IMG/VR virus record: IMGVR_UViG_3300026076_000113
Span: 7,903 to 71,902 of that record
Direction: 5' to 3' (one strand)
Source: a virus
DNA: 64,000 nucleotides
Position 1 is the stretch's first letter, and every line of letters begins with the position of its first letter. A program made the translations under genes and the position numbers. Positions 1-10,490 of the stretch are shown here, one piece after another. The notes under the pieces are model-generated. The model made no database searches, was not told where the DNA came from, and worked only from the letters and a program-made list of their open reading frames with translations.

Positions 1-200
1 TAAATATATTTTCCATCCTTATCAAAGTTTGGACCTACCTTCTTTGCAGGGTATGTAGGATAAGGTCTTAACCCTGCCCTCATTTCATTCCCTTTCCTTC
101 TTCTCATTTGGTTACCAGTCTCATGATCTTCAGGCATAGTAGGCCAAGAAGATCCGAGAATCTTTTTGACCATCTCTTTAGTATATCCGTTAGGGTGCAT
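1..200 (-). CDS. Hypothetical protein, 3' end truncated by window edge (MHPNGYTKEMVKKILGSSWPTMPEDHETGNQMRRRKGNEMRAGLRPYPTYPAKKVGPNFDKDGKYI...)
   Basis: Translated by hand. ATG at 200-198 overlaps the stop of the 200..478 ORF (TAATG coupling) and the frame is open to the window edge. Confidence 0.6.
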   Translation of the reverse strand, partial: MHPNGYTKEMVKKILGSSWPTMPEDHETGNQMRRRKGNEMRAGLRPYPTYPAKKVGPNFDKDGKYI

Positions 201-478
201 TAGTAATGATCCTCCAATCCTTCTTGTGGTGTGGGTTTCCAGTCCTTACCATAATACTTCTCTAGTATGTTGTGGTGTGGTGCATCTGTACCTACCTCTA
301 TTTTCTTAGGTGGTTCTGGTGGGAACAATTCTAATTGTATTTCAGGTATAGAAAAAGTGTCACCCTCTTTACGATGATGACACACATAGAATGTACCGTT
401 CTCTTTTTTATATAAGAAGTCTGCTTCATGTGAACTGAGCAGAAGCATCTTCATAATCTTATCAGTTTTTTCAATCAC
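200..478 (-). CDS. Hypothetical phage protein (92 aa)
   Basis: ORF in a tightly coupled chain of overlapping small genes downstream of gp16. Confidence 0.65.
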   Translation of the reverse strand: MIEKTDKIMKMLLLSSHEADFLYKKENGTFYVCHHRKEGDTFSIPEIQLELFPPEPPKKIEVGTDAPHHNILEKYYGKDWKPTPQEGLEDHY

Positions 479-770
479 GTTGTCGCCAATCGTCTGATCT
501 TTCTTGGTGGAACCATTCCACTACTTCATCTGGAGAACCGAAACCCCTCTTATGATGAGTTGGATCGGGGTCTCCTATATTCAACTCATTCAGAAAAGAC
601 TCGTTAGGATTTGTTGCCATCCTTCTAGCAGTCTTTAACATACCTCTAGCAGCAGTATTTGCTTTACCAAGTTTATCTGCCCAGATCATGTCTTGTATTG
701 AAACATCAGTACCAGAAGCAATGTCTTTACAGATAGCTTCTAGTCGTAACCGATATTGTGTTGAAAGCAT
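471..770 (-). CDS. Hypothetical protein of cyanophage/picocyanobacterial type (99 aa)
   Basis: ORF with MLST.YRLRL start and GDPDP...W...DWRQRD end, recalled from cyanophage hypotheticals; coupled to its neighbours. Confidence 0.7.
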   Translation of the reverse strand: MLSTQYRLRLEAICKDIASGTDVSIQDMIWADKLGKANTAARGMLKTARRMATNPNESFLNELNIGDPDPTHHKRGFGSPDEVVEWFHQERSDDWRQRD

Positions 771-775
771 ATTGT

Positions 776-1093
776 TTACCGTCGTTGTAATTTACTTATA
801 CCAGATTTAACCATGTCATTTTCTACGATGACCTTAGTTTTCTCTGCAATATCATCCAAGATATTAACATCAAGATCCATGAATGGTGGAATGATACCAA
901 GTATGCGAAGTAATCCATCTACAAATAATGCTAAACAAGTGAATCCTAAGATCATGCTAATGATCGTTGCATCTCTATTATGTTTACGCATGGATTCTTC
1001 ATCAATGGCACGTGCTTCTGCAACAGCAGCAGCAATCATTACATCAACTTCTTCCTTTGTGTAACACAGAGATTTAATTTTTTCTTCAGTCAT
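776..1093 (-). CDS. Small membrane protein (105 aa)
   Basis: Hydrophobic stretch ATIISMILGFTCLALFVDGLLRILGIIPPF; ATGA overlap with the upstream ORF. Confidence 0.75.
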   Translation of the reverse strand: MTEEKIKSLCYTKEEVDVMIAAAVAEARAIDEESMRKHNRDATIISMILGFTCLALFVDGLLRILGIIPPFMDLDVNILDDIAEKTKVIVENDMVKSGISKLQRR

Positions 1094-1272
1094 GGGCCAC
1101 TTTCTGAAAAAGAACAGTACCCTTGCTCACACATTGTATTAATCTTTTCGATTAAATGTTGGTACTCATCCCACATATATTCTGAACCAGTTTGTTCCTG
1201 ATACAGTTTACATGCAGTGGTTAGACGGTATACGTCTGCTTCGTTAAGTCGCATATCTTTCACGGCATCCAT
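1090..1272 (-). CDS. Hypothetical protein (60 aa; start may be the second Met, MRLNE)
   Basis: ORF immediately downstream of a sigma70-like promoter; its stop overlaps the next start. Confidence 0.65.
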   Translation of the reverse strand: MDAVKDMRLNEADVYRLTTACKLYQEQTGSEYMWDEYQHLIEKINTMCEQGYCSFSESGP

Positions 1273-1277
1273 ATTTA

Positions 1278-1305
1278 ATTATATCATAATTTAAAAAATG
1301 TTCAA
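1278..1305 (-). promoter_or_regulatory. Sigma70-like (early-type) promoter TTGAAC-N16-TATAAT with extended -10 TG
   Basis: Minus strand reads TTGAAC attttttaaattaTGa TATAAT in the gp16/hypothetical intergenic gap. Confidence 0.6.
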
Positions 1306-1318
1306 TACAGCACAAATA

Positions 1319-1732
1319 CTATTTTGATTTCCCCATTTGTTTAAGCATCTTCTGTAATTCTGCTGTGCTACCTACAAACATAGCATTGTTTGTAACCTTA
1401 CTTGGACCTTTCTTCTCTTCATCAAGATCAGCAACTTTCTTTTGAAGATCCATTAATTTATCAGTCATGTCTGCTACCTGCTTCATAGCGTTTGTAGCAA
1501 CCTCAAATGCTCTTGGATGCCCTGACTCCTGTGCAACCTCTAAAGCACCTTGTACTGCCTCCTGACCCTTAGAAATGAGACTGTAGAGTTCACCTCTAGT
1601 ATACTCATAGTCCTTCTCCCTATCTTCTGTGACATCTTTAAGGTTTGACTTCCTAGTAGTACAACCTCCTTCTGGTGTAGTAGAGACATCGATGTCCAAC
1701 ATCTCCTCCATATTTTTATCTAACTTACTCAT
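1319..1732 (-). CDS. gp16: Terminase small subunit
   Basis: DYEYTR..LY.LI.KGQEA...ALEVAQES.HPRAFEV and NNAMFVGSTAELQKML motifs; synteny after gp15. Confidence 0.93.
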   Translation of the reverse strand: MSKLDKNMEEMLDIDVSTTPEGGCTTRKSNLKDVTEDREKDYEYTRGELYSLISKGQEAVQGALEVAQESGHPRAFEVATNAMKQVADMTDKLMDLQKKVADLDEEKKGPSKVTNNAMFVGSTAELQKMLKQMGKSK

Positions 1733-2544
1733 AGTATTGTAAATCCTTCATTGAATCCAAAGTCGTCTGTGGAAACTACCAGATCATCATCTTGTGTATC
1801 AATAACTCCATCTGCATTCTTATCTTCTAGAGCCTTAGGTGAGTAAGATCTCTCAACATTCCTCTTACCAACGTTCTTGTCACCAACAGTTTCAATGACA
1901 CGTGCCTTACGAATGACATCTGCCTTGCTGTAAGGACCGTAGATGTAAGACTTAACAGTAAACTGTAGAGTCCAAACTATACTCCTTCTCTCTAGGAAGC
2001 TGTCATCCCAATCATCTGCATAGTCAACACTATTCAAAATACATGCAACGTCTCTTGTTTCATCCATATCAGGAATGAACTTAAGACTTACATTGAATGA
2101 TGGTTGGAAGTATGGAAGTATTTGTTCTAGTATCTGTAGAGCATCATCTGATGACTTAGCAATGATACCAAGTTCGAATGACATGTCATAAGGTACTGGA
2201 ACAAACTGTGTTTGTATTGCCTTAGCATTATCCGTACTACCAGCAGCAGGGATAGCAGCTTTAATTTTCTTGATAGCACTAGTCTTTCTACCACTATCGT
2301 ATGTTACATTAGTTAACTCAAAGTATAAACGTGGAAGTTTAATTGCTACCTTCTTCGTTACGTCTGGACTTTGTTCTAACCTATAAAGGAATTTATTCTT
2401 AGGACCATATGCTAGAGGAACTTTCTCTGACTCTATGACAGTTCCAGCATTATCCGTTTTCTTAATTTCTATGTTATTGAAAAGCGTACCGAAACCAATA
2501 ACTGTTTTCCGTATCGCTTCATTATAAAAATGTGGTCCTAACAT
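1729..2544 (-). CDS. gp15: Tail sheath stabilizer / tail completion protein
   Basis: FYNEAIRKTVIGFGTLFN, VPLAYGPK, PVPY..., LQILEQILPYFQP motifs; synteny gp13-14-15-16. Confidence 0.95.
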   Translation of the reverse strand: MLGPHFYNEAIRKTVIGFGTLFNNIEIKKTDNAGTVIESEKVPLAYGPKNKFLYRLEQSPDVTKKVAIKLPRLYFELTNVTYDSGRKTSAIKKIKAAIPAAGSTDNAKAIQTQFVPVPYDMSFELGIIAKSSDDALQILEQILPYFQPSFNVSLKFIPDMDETRDVACILNSVDYADDWDDSFLERRSIVWTLQFTVKSYIYGPYSKADVIRKARVIETVGDKNVGKRNVERSYSPKALEDKNADGVIDTQDDDLVVSTDDFGFNEGFTIL

Positions 2545-3425
2545 TAGAAGTCACCTGTTGTAAAATTACCAAATTCTCCGAATGGGTTTACCTCACCCCA
2601 ATCAATTAAATCATCAGCAGCATCTTCAATATCTCTATTGTCTGCTGCTGCCCTATCACCCATTGTCAAATTGTCAATGGTAGTGATTGTTCTTGCTGTG
2701 GTACTAGTACCTCCAGTAAGAGTCTCACCAGTTAGGAAGTTTCCTGTTCTATTTATGATGGTTAGTATATCGGTTGAACGATCCCAATATGCCACCTCAC
2801 CTGTCACACCAGTGGTAGAACCAGTTATAGTTTCACTAAGTGAATACTCACCAGTACCACCAGTGTCCATTTGTATAGAGATAGAAGTAGAGAATATTTC
2901 TTCTACTACATCTACATCTGGTATACCAGTATCAAACTTATCATCACCGATCTGGTAAAGCTCAGCAGTCATTTGATATAGGTATGTCTGACCTAACTGA
3001 TAGAAAGGTGCTTCTCTTTCTACATACTTGATTTCATATAATGCTTTTGTCAATGGATAGTAGATCAAATCTCCTTCATTAGGTCTACCATCTACAGTAG
3101 TGATGTCTGCAAACTCTTGGAATACCTGACTCCATCTATTCTTTGATACAACAAAACTAATCTCGTCTGTGATTGTGAGACCAAACTTACTAATAAATTC
3201 TGATGGTGATCCAAATCCTTCAACATTAATCAAGAACATCTCAATCATATACTGAGTCTTGAACTCAGAATACAAAACATCATCAAGGGTTGTGTCCTTG
3301 ATCATCTTACGTGGAAGATAATAGCAGTCAGTTCCAAATAGTTTTATTTGTTCATCAACAAGTGATTGTATAAGTGACTGCTCACTACCAACACCACCAT
3401 GTTGAGGAAAATATATACTCTTCAT
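2544..3425 (-). CDS. gp14: Neck protein
   Basis: EQIKLFG.D.YYLPR, SKFGL.I.DE, RPNEGDLIYYPL, PFYQLG motifs and C-terminal NPFG. Confidence 0.93.
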   Translation of the reverse strand: MKSIYFPQHGGVGSEQSLIQSLVDEQIKLFGTDCYYLPRKMIKDTTLDDVLYSEFKTQYMIEMFLINVEGFGSPSEFISKFGLTITDEISFVVSKNRWSQVFQEFADITTVDGRPNEGDLIYYPLTKALYEIKYVEREAPFYQLGQTYLYQMTAELYQIGDDKFDTGIPDVDVVEEIFSTSISIQMDTGGTGEYSLSETITGSTTGVTGEVAYWDRSTDILTIINRTGNFLTGETLTGGTSTTARTITTIDNLTMGDRAAADNRDIEDAADDLIDWGEVNPFGEFGNFTTGDF

Positions 3426-4231
3426 CCTATCATGTCCATAGGTGGTAGTTCATAGGTGCTTGAAGACATTTCCATTAGTCTTGCAATTTCATCGTTAGCA
3501 TCATTGAACAATTCTCTACCATTAAGTTGAACACCACCTGGTAGGTTAACACCTTGAAACTTGATTAGATTCTGACCCCACTGCCTCTTTATCTTAGCAG
3601 TAGAATATTGTTTTACGAAAGGATCGTTATAAACTTGTGTAAAAGTATCTGGTTCCAATGCTCTATAGCATTGTATTACAAGATATAATTCTTCTGTTAA
3701 CATTGATTCATCAATGTCAAGATACAATCTATCCTGTCTCTGGTTAAACCTATACTCGACAAATGCTCCATTGTTTAGAACCATGTCGATAGTTTCCAAC
3801 CACTGCTTAACCATGAAGTAGTTAAGCATATCGAGAGAACCAAAAGCATACAGGTCATTCAAGAAGATCTGATACTCGATACCAAATAGGTTGTTACGGA
3901 TAGCATTACTTGCTAATCCATAAACTTTAGATATCCCCATTATGTGTTGGGGGATCATAATATAATTATCTGATCGTTCCCACTTAGTACTATCAGGATC
4001 AGCCATGATAGTCTCAGACTTACCATCAAATCTGGCCTTGTCATCTGCTGTGATCTTATGTTTCAGATACATCAACTCCATACCATCATAATGACGCTCC
4101 CTGTAATATTGGAGAGCGTCATCAATAGCATCACTTACTTGATCATCATCAACATTGATTTCAAGTACAGGAGCACCTAATTGTCTTTTGCAGTAATCTG
4201 CTAATTGTGTTCTACTAGCTGGTTGTGCCAT
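3422..4231 (-). CDS. gp13: Neck protein
   Basis: YC.RQLGAPVLEINV, KRQWGQNLIKFQGVNLPGGVQLNG motifs. Confidence 0.95.
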   Translation of the reverse strand: MAQPASRTQLADYCKRQLGAPVLEINVDDDQVSDAIDDALQYYRERHYDGMELMYLKHKITADDKARFDGKSETIMADPDSTKWERSDNYIMIPQHIMGISKVYGLASNAIRNNLFGIEYQIFLNDLYAFGSLDMLNYFMVKQWLETIDMVLNNGAFVEYRFNQRQDRLYLDIDESMLTEELYLVIQCYRALEPDTFTQVYNDPFVKQYSTAKIKRQWGQNLIKFQGVNLPGGVQLNGRELFNDANDEIARLMEMSSSTYELPPMDMIG

Positions 4232-4239
4232 ATGACCTC

Positions 4240-7200
4240 CTATGCTTGTGCTTCACCCCATCTGAGGTTAATCGTGCTGTTGAATGCGTTACCTGATGTA
4301 CAATAAACGTTAATCGCTAGAACGTCAGGTCCATTCGGGAACGTACCTCGACCACCGATAGGAGTATTAGTCAACTCTTTAAGTTCTTGTAAGTCAATAC
4401 CATCCCTTTGTCCTGGTGCTGCCACGAAGGAGAAGATTCGTTCGCCTGGCTGAGCATATGGAGGAACAATGAATGTATATGTTGTGCTATTAGCAGATCC
4501 TGGATAGGTGTTCTGAGAGAAGATAATCCAGACTTGAGTGCTACCAGCGTTTCTAATCTGTGATACAGTAGAACCACCAGGTAGTTGTCCACCAGTCGCT
4601 TGCATACCTACCTCAACTCCCTGAACGTCAGTCTTGTTGAATCGAACCCACCTAGTCCAGTAGTTTCTAGTAGTACTGTTAGTAGCAGTAATGTTAGAAC
4701 CACCAGCACTCCAGTTAGCACTAGATCCAGATGCAATCTGAGCAAATGATGGTTGTCCACCTTCACCAGATGTATTCAAACCACCCCAAGAGATATCAGC
4801 AGGGTTTGTTGGATAGTTAATCGGGTTTAGAATTCCTTCAACGATAACTCCCTGAGAAGAACTACCACCCTGTGTAGTAATTTCTACACTCTTCAGTAGC
4901 AACTGTGCTCGGTTAATTAGTTCCCTCTCACCCAAGTCACCAGTCAGTGCGTTAGACACACTAGGTGATAGACGGATTAGGAAGACCGTATACGGCGTGA
5001 CTGAGATTTCAATCTCAGATTCCTGATAGTTGAAGAGGTATCCTCTATCTTCATCGAAGCCACCGTCTGTTAGATATGCAGAACCCCAGTGGTTAATCTG
5101 TGGTGTTGCAGTAGTGGTGAGTAGGATAACACCCTCGTTCTTAGTGTAGTTACTTGCTGAACCAGCAGTGTATGTTCTGTTTGCTCCAGCAGTATAGTTG
5201 TTCAAGTTTGCTTCTCTTGTAAGACCAACAAGTCTATTGAGTGTCGTATTTCTAGAAGAATAACGAATCAATTCGTTACCAACATACACAACACCTGTCT
5301 CTGGGAATAGAGTTACATCAGTAACTGGAAGATAATCAACAAAGACATCAGTAACAGAAGATGTCAACTTAGATCTTGGTCCTTCATTTAGAACCTCATA
5401 CCTAACAGGTAAGTTACCTGAACGCATGAATGCTTCTCTGTTTCTGTTGTTGTTCTTAAGTCTGTGTGCGAACACGAAGTTACCAGACGGACCTCTGAAC
5501 ATCCAGTCAATGAATCCAGCACCATACCATGTATACTGGAATCCGATCATCTGCATGGTATTGATCTGTAGTTGATATCCTGACTTACCAGTACCATCAC
5601 ACCTGTCAATGTTCCACTGTGATTGTGGAATAATAATATCCTTAGTCAATGCTGCCTTTGTATTCTGAGCACCAACCGCACCCCTATAGTCAGGGTTAAC
5701 TGTTAAGTTTGTATCATCTATAATAGAAGTAACAACATGACTCATTCCACGAATAACCAATCTGTCACCAGTAGTTAACTGTTCAGTGAATTTGGTATTG
5801 CTTCCCTGTATAAGGTTGTTATCTGGAGTAGCACTTACAGTACCAGCAATCTGGAATGTAGAAGATCTTAGACCAACAGATAGGTTTGTTCCATCATACT
5901 GGAAGAAGATACCATTCTGATCATCGAACGCACCAGATCTTACAGTAGAACCTTTCCATTTATACAAAGATATACTTGGTTGTTGACCGAACTCACCAGT
6001 AGTATCACCAAGTGAACCTGTAGCTAAGACAGTCAATGTAATTTCATTAACGATACTTGCAACAATGTAGTGACCATCATATCCAGAAGTTGTTATACCA
6101 TTAAGAGCGATCTCAGCACCAACCTGTAGACCATGATCAACGTCGTCAGTAGTTACAGTAATAATAGCACCGAGTGAAGTACCATCAGCAGTAACTGATC
6201 TTAGGTCATATGAAGGAGCGAATAGAGCACCAGTAGTATACTGAATACCTTTACCTGACTGGTATCTAATGTACTTCTTAGATTGACGAATCGCCTGAGC
6301 ACCGTGTGATGGTGAACCTGTTCCTAGTTGTACACCACCGTCAAATGGTCTGTGTGTATAGAAACAGTCTGGTCTAGTATAGAGTTCACCAGTTAAAGCT
6401 GTTCCAGTATCAATAGTACCAGTTGTTCTTGTAGTATAAACAAACTTATCTAGACTTGGAACCTCTTCAATAAAGAACGGTCCTGAAGCAAGATCATGGT
6501 TGTTACCAGTAGAACTGATAGCACATAGAATTGTGTTTCCTGGAACCAATCCATGATTACTACCAAAGGTTGCACTGATCCTTGCGATAGCAGAGTAGGT
6601 TATATTAGTACCATTATTAATAGTACCAGATGTAACTGAAGATAAAGATATAGCTGGATAGAAAGCAATACTCTCTCCTGATACTGGAGTACCAGAAGCA
6701 GTGATGCCAGTGACCTCACCAGTTAGATAATCAATGTCTGTGACAGTGATAGTCATGTCGTTGACACCAGCAACACCACCAAGTTCTTGACCACCTATAC
6801 TGAACTGATAACCAATCTGGTATCCACTACCACCATTGGCAATTTCAGGAGCATAGTTACCACCAGAAATCTTAGGTAGGAATGTTGCGTTGAATGCTGT
6901 ATTGTTTGCAGTCAATCCATTATAATTTGCGTTACCAGATGCTGCTGTACCACCAATACTAAATGCAGTGATCTCACCAGATGCACCAACACTGGTTACA
7001 GTAACAGTCAAATCGTTAGTAGCAGTTTCACCACCCAAGATTCCACCGTCAATAATGACAGTATCATTTGGTTGGTAACTAGAACCTGCGTTAACTAAAG
7101 TAGCACTATATGTTGGTGTGGTTGTTGTATTCTCGTTAGGAATAAAGTTTGTTGTGGTCAGTGTTTGACCATCAGCAGAACCACCACCACCTTCTGTAGT

Positions 7201-9300
7201 TGTAACTGTGACCGTATATGCTTGGCCTGGTACTAATGCTGTGAGAGCTAACTTAGCATAAGTTTCGTCAGTTGGGTTAGCAGCAGATGCATATACAAAT
7301 GCAGATCCAGTTGACAAATCATTAATTAAAGAAATAAGACCGTTTCTAACGTCTATGATACCCTCTGATAATCCAGCATTATAAGTAAATGTTTCAACAG
7401 TAGTAGTTGTGGTATCTGTTATTTCAACTGTAAATACATCAGCTTCTTCAATAGTTCCACCAACTTCAACCCATTCTATCTGAGCTATCTTACTACCAGT
7501 ACCTGTTCTATTAACATTGAATGATGAGTTAATACCAACACCAGATCCAGCAGCACCAGATACGTTAGTATATTCTTGAGTAGATGAAATACCTTGACCT
7601 AAAGATGTGAAGGTAAGAACTTCACCAGCAACACCAACGGTATTGATAAAGATGTTGATATCATTAGTAGGTGATTGTCCACCAAGAACGTTACCATAGA
7701 TAACAACCTTTTCTCCAACAGCATATCCAGTTCCAGCAAAACTAGATCCTTCTGCTGCTGTACCACCGTAACTGATGGTTTGAATTTGACCATTAGCATC
7801 GACTGCATCAATTGTGATGGTCAAATCGTTAGTTGGTGTAGCACCACCTAAGTTAGTACCTAAGATAACAATTGTTTCTGTAGCAGAATATGTACTACCA
7901 GTGTTAGATACAAATACATTCGAATAAGATGCTGAACCAACAGTACCATCTCTTTCAACGTTGAAAGCAGCATTAGATCCTAGTCCAGTATATGTGTCAC
8001 CCTGTATATCGTAATACAACTCTGTCTGGTTGATATCTACACCATTGTAAGCACCAGAAGTTCTTTGTATATTAAATGTTACTCCATTACCATTACCAAA
8101 GTTAATTGTGGTTGGTGATGTTGGTGTAGAGATGAAACTGTTACCAGTTCTGTCTGCTGTATAAGGTGCAGATAGAGATATAGTATTTGTTTCAATGTTT
8201 GTAACAAAGATTGTAGTTCCAGAACCATTATCTAAAGCAGCACCGATATCAATTCCTGTTGTATCGTTAAGAACAATCTGTGAGACAGGTGCTGTAAATG
8301 ATGTTGTAATATTAATAGATGTATTAGAACCTACATAACCAGTTATCTGTGTACCAGCTTGAAGTCCTGATGAAGAAAGAGGAGCACCAATTGGAGGAGG
8401 TGATCCAGGATTATTAATACCAATTCTTCCAGATCCAGATGGAGTAGTACCTCTAGTTGAAATCTGTCCAGAAGCACCGTTAGATTCTACTGCTAGAGTA
8501 GGGTTTCCTAATGAAGCACCAGTATAGAAGCCTGCTTTCCTCAACTGTACAAATCCAGACATTAGACTGGTAGCAGGTGCTAGACCTACCTTACCTTTTG
8601 CATAGAAATTAAACTGTGATGGGTCTGGTACATCACTAATAATGAATGAACCTTCTGCCTTAGCAAATCCTTCTACACCATCATTAACACCCTTAAGTGT
8701 GATAGGATCTCCAACAGAGAATCCATGTTCCAATTCAGTATCTACTGTAATAAGAGAAGGACCTATGCCACCACTACCTTGTGAAGCATCTGTTGTAAGA
8801 GCACTAACAGAAACATCAGCACCTGGATACTCGAAGGAAGATGGATATCCACGTACTAGGTCAATGGTCTGCCATTTAGTTGGCTGAATACCATACTCAA
8901 AGTCAGCGTCAAGCATACTGAGAGGCTCAGCAAAACGCATACGTTCGATAGCATCTGTACCGAAGTCGTATGGTCTCATTTTAACTTCATCACCTTCGAT
9001 GAAGATCATCAAGTCATCAGTTGAGTTATAAGTTGAAGTATCAAATAGGAATGTAATCGTTGTTACACCGTTTGATAACGTACTAGCGAAAGGGAAGTCT
9101 GGGTCAGAACCATCGGATGTTTCCGTGAACGCTGCTGATATTGGATTAGCACTATCTGCGAAGTTGTACATCACAACATTCTCGGTCGCATTAGTGATCA
9201 AGAGAATCTGATCAGCACCGATTTTATCAAGTACTTTTACCGTTCCAACACCAGAAAGACCAGGTGAGAAAACGTAGTCTCTTATTTGCCTTTTAGCCAT
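4240..9300 (-). CDS. Large virion structural / fibre-like protein (1686 aa)
   Basis: Long G/T/S-rich ORF with GGAGG RBS of the next gene at its end. It has DADFEYG.QPTKW, an internal repeat G.Y..G..I.I.G..LGG..P.ND.TI.V (4 copies) and FQYTWYGAG in a lectin-like C-terminal region. Confidence 0.8.
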   Translation of the reverse strand: MAKRQIRDYVFSPGLSGVGTVKVLDKIGADQILLITNATENVVMYNFADSANPISAAFTETSDGSDPDFPFASTLSNGVTTITFLFDTSTYNSTDDLMIFIEGDEVKMRPYDFGTDAIERMRFAEPLSMLDADFEYGIQPTKWQTIDLVRGYPSSFEYPGADVSVSALTTDASQGSGGIGPSLITVDTELEHGFSVGDPITLKGVNDGVEGFAKAEGSFIISDVPDPSQFNFYAKGKVGLAPATSLMSGFVQLRKAGFYTGASLGNPTLAVESNGASGQISTRGTTPSGSGRIGINNPGSPPPIGAPLSSSGLQAGTQITGYVGSNTSINITTSFTAPVSQIVLNDTTGIDIGAALDNGSGTTIFVTNIETNTISLSAPYTADRTGNSFISTPTSPTTINFGNGNGVTFNIQRTSGAYNGVDINQTELYYDIQGDTYTGLGSNAAFNVERDGTVGSASYSNVFVSNTGSTYSATETIVILGTNLGGATPTNDLTITIDAVDANGQIQTISYGGTAAEGSSFAGTGYAVGEKVVIYGNVLGGQSPTNDINIFINTVGVAGEVLTFTSLGQGISSTQEYTNVSGAAGSGVGINSSFNVNRTGTGSKIAQIEWVEVGGTIEEADVFTVEITDTTTTTVETFTYNAGLSEGIIDVRNGLISLINDLSTGSAFVYASAANPTDETYAKLALTALVPGQAYTVTVTTTEGGGGSADGQTLTTTNFIPNENTTTTPTYSATLVNAGSSYQPNDTVIIDGGILGGETATNDLTVTVTSVGASGEITAFSIGGTAASGNANYNGLTANNTAFNATFLPKISGGNYAPEIANGGSGYQIGYQFSIGGQELGGVAGVNDMTITVTDIDYLTGEVTGITASGTPVSGESIAFYPAISLSSVTSGTINNGTNITYSAIARISATFGSNHGLVPGNTILCAISSTGNNHDLASGPFFIEEVPSLDKFVYTTRTTGTIDTGTALTGELYTRPDCFYTHRPFDGGVQLGTGSPSHGAQAIRQSKKYIRYQSGKGIQYTTGALFAPSYDLRSVTADGTSLGAIITVTTDDVDHGLQVGAEIALNGITTSGYDGHYIVASIVNEITLTVLATGSLGDTTGEFGQQPSISLYKWKGSTVRSGAFDDQNGIFFQYDGTNLSVGLRSSTFQIAGTVSATPDNNLIQGSNTKFTEQLTTGDRLVIRGMSHVVTSIIDDTNLTVNPDYRGAVGAQNTKAALTKDIIIPQSQWNIDRCDGTGKSGYQLQINTMQMIGFQYTWYGAGFIDWMFRGPSGNFVFAHRLKNNNRNREAFMRSGNLPVRYEVLNEGPRSKLTSSVTDVFVDYLPVTDVTLFPETGVVYVGNELIRYSSRNTTLNRLVGLTREANLNNYTAGANRTYTAGSASNYTKNEGVILLTTTATPQINHWGSAYLTDGGFDEDRGYLFNYQESEIEISVTPYTVFLIRLSPSVSNALTGDLGERELINRAQLLLKSVEITTQGGSSSQGVIVEGILNPINYPTNPADISWGGLNTSGEGGQPSFAQIASGSSANWSAGGSNITATNSTTRNYWTRWVRFNKTDVQGVEVGMQATGGQLPGGSTVSQIRNAGSTQVWIIFSQNTYPGSANSTTYTFIVPPYAQPGERIFSFVAAPGQRDGIDLQELKELTNTPIGGRGTFPNGPDVLAINVYCTSGNAFNSTINLRWGEAQA
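6720..7900 (-). repeat. Four protein-level repeats (Y....I.I.G..LGG...NDxTIxV) in the 1686-aa protein
   Basis: LGGATPTNDLTITI, LGGQSPTNDINIFI, LGGETATNDLTVTV and LGGVAGVNDMTITV in the translation; coordinates approximate. Confidence 0.75.
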
Positions 9301-9321
9301 TTAAAATTTCCCTCGATCTTT

Positions 9322-10452
9322 TTATGAAAGCGCAATTGCTAATGCGGTTATCTGGGAGTCTACTGCACTCTTGGACATTGCATCACCTGGCGCAGTCGCT
9401 CTTCCTAGATTCGTTATTTTATTATTTAGAAGACTTAGATCAGCAGAAACTCCACTGGTGACCCCTAAACTCCCTGCTACTAAAGTGTTACCTGAAGTAT
9501 CAACTGTAAACTTGTTACTACCAACCCCGAACGTAGTACCAGCACTAAGAGCAGCAGCAAAATTACCACTTAAACCCTCAACAGCACCAAGTGCAGATAC
9601 AGAGAATGTAGGATTAACTAAATCAGCACCATTCTTAATACCTTGATTAACACCAAGTTCCCCTCCAACAGTTGCATTAGCAACAAGAGTGGTATCACCT
9701 GTAACCTCTAAATCTCCACCAACATCAACATTACCTTGTAGATCTGAGTCCTGTACAACAGTGAAGTTACCGTTAACAGAGAAGTCAGTTGCAACAACGT
9801 TGTACTTAAACTTACCGTACACAGCAAAACTTAGGATGTTAGCATCCTCAGCCCATATAATGATTTGTTGATCACCTGTTGCTTTAATGTCAGTTCTTTG
9901 ATAGAATGTACGTGGAAAGAGTTTTGTGTTATAATTCAGGTAGTTTGAAGTCTGTAACTTTGTCTGACCATCTTCTAGAATACCTATTCTAAATCTAGAT
10001 GGAGCAGAACTCTGGTTTGAGATGAAGATCGAAAGTTCTACATCCTCCCCAGTAGGCACTGTATAAAGACTAGTATTCGTTCTTGCATTAGTTAGCAACA
10101 TCGAATTCAGGAACCCAGAAGCAACTGGGTTATCCACAACTTCTCCATGTACTAAGAAAGAGGTTTGCTCGTAATCACTATATACAACTAGACTTTGCTG
10201 ATTAGCATAGTACATAGTTTGTGTTTCATAAGTCTCTCCTGCTTGAATCTCCATATCATACAAGATATAATTAGAGGGGGCAAAAGAGAGCAACGCTCCA
10301 CTAGACACTCCAACTCTTACTCGAACTGGATAAGGACTTTGGTGAGCAATTGAAATTTTCGCTTCTACCAGCTTACCTGCTGGAGCCTCATGGAGTACTG
10401 TCCTCGTCTTAACTTGTGGGACTATAGCTGCTAGAGCACCATAAGTAGCCAT
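9322..10452 (-). CDS. Virion structural / fibre connector protein (376 aa)
   Basis: Two tandem ~105-aa domains resembling the 23150..23473 protein (T.LYTVP...NQS...RVG), a beta-repeat segment, and C-terminal KITNLG..TA.GDA..K..VDS.ITALAIALS typical of cyanophage fibre ends. Confidence 0.75.
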   Translation of the reverse strand: MATYGALAAIVPQVKTRTVLHEAPAGKLVEAKISIAHQSPYPVRVRVGVSSGALLSFAPSNYILYDMEIQAGETYETQTMYYANQQSLVVYSDYEQTSFLVHGEVVDNPVASGFLNSMLLTNARTNTSLYTVPTGEDVELSIFISNQSSAPSRFRIGILEDGQTKLQTSNYLNYNTKLFPRTFYQRTDIKATGDQQIIIWAEDANILSFAVYGKFKYNVVATDFSVNGNFTVVQDSDLQGNVDVGGDLEVTGDTTLVANATVGGELGVNQGIKNGADLVNPTFSVSALGAVEGLSGNFAAALSAGTTFGVGSNKFTVDTSGNTLVAGSLGVTSGVSADLSLLNNKITNLGRATAPGDAMSKSAVDSQITALAIALS

Positions 10453-10482
10453 AACTTCGGGGTTTATATTACAATCGTTAGT

Positions 10483-10490
10483 TATTTATA
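10483..10490 (-). promoter_or_regulatory. T4-type late promoter TATAAATA
   Basis: Exact match 30 nt upstream of the 10452 start; overlaps the A of the divergent hldD ATG. Confidence 0.8.
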
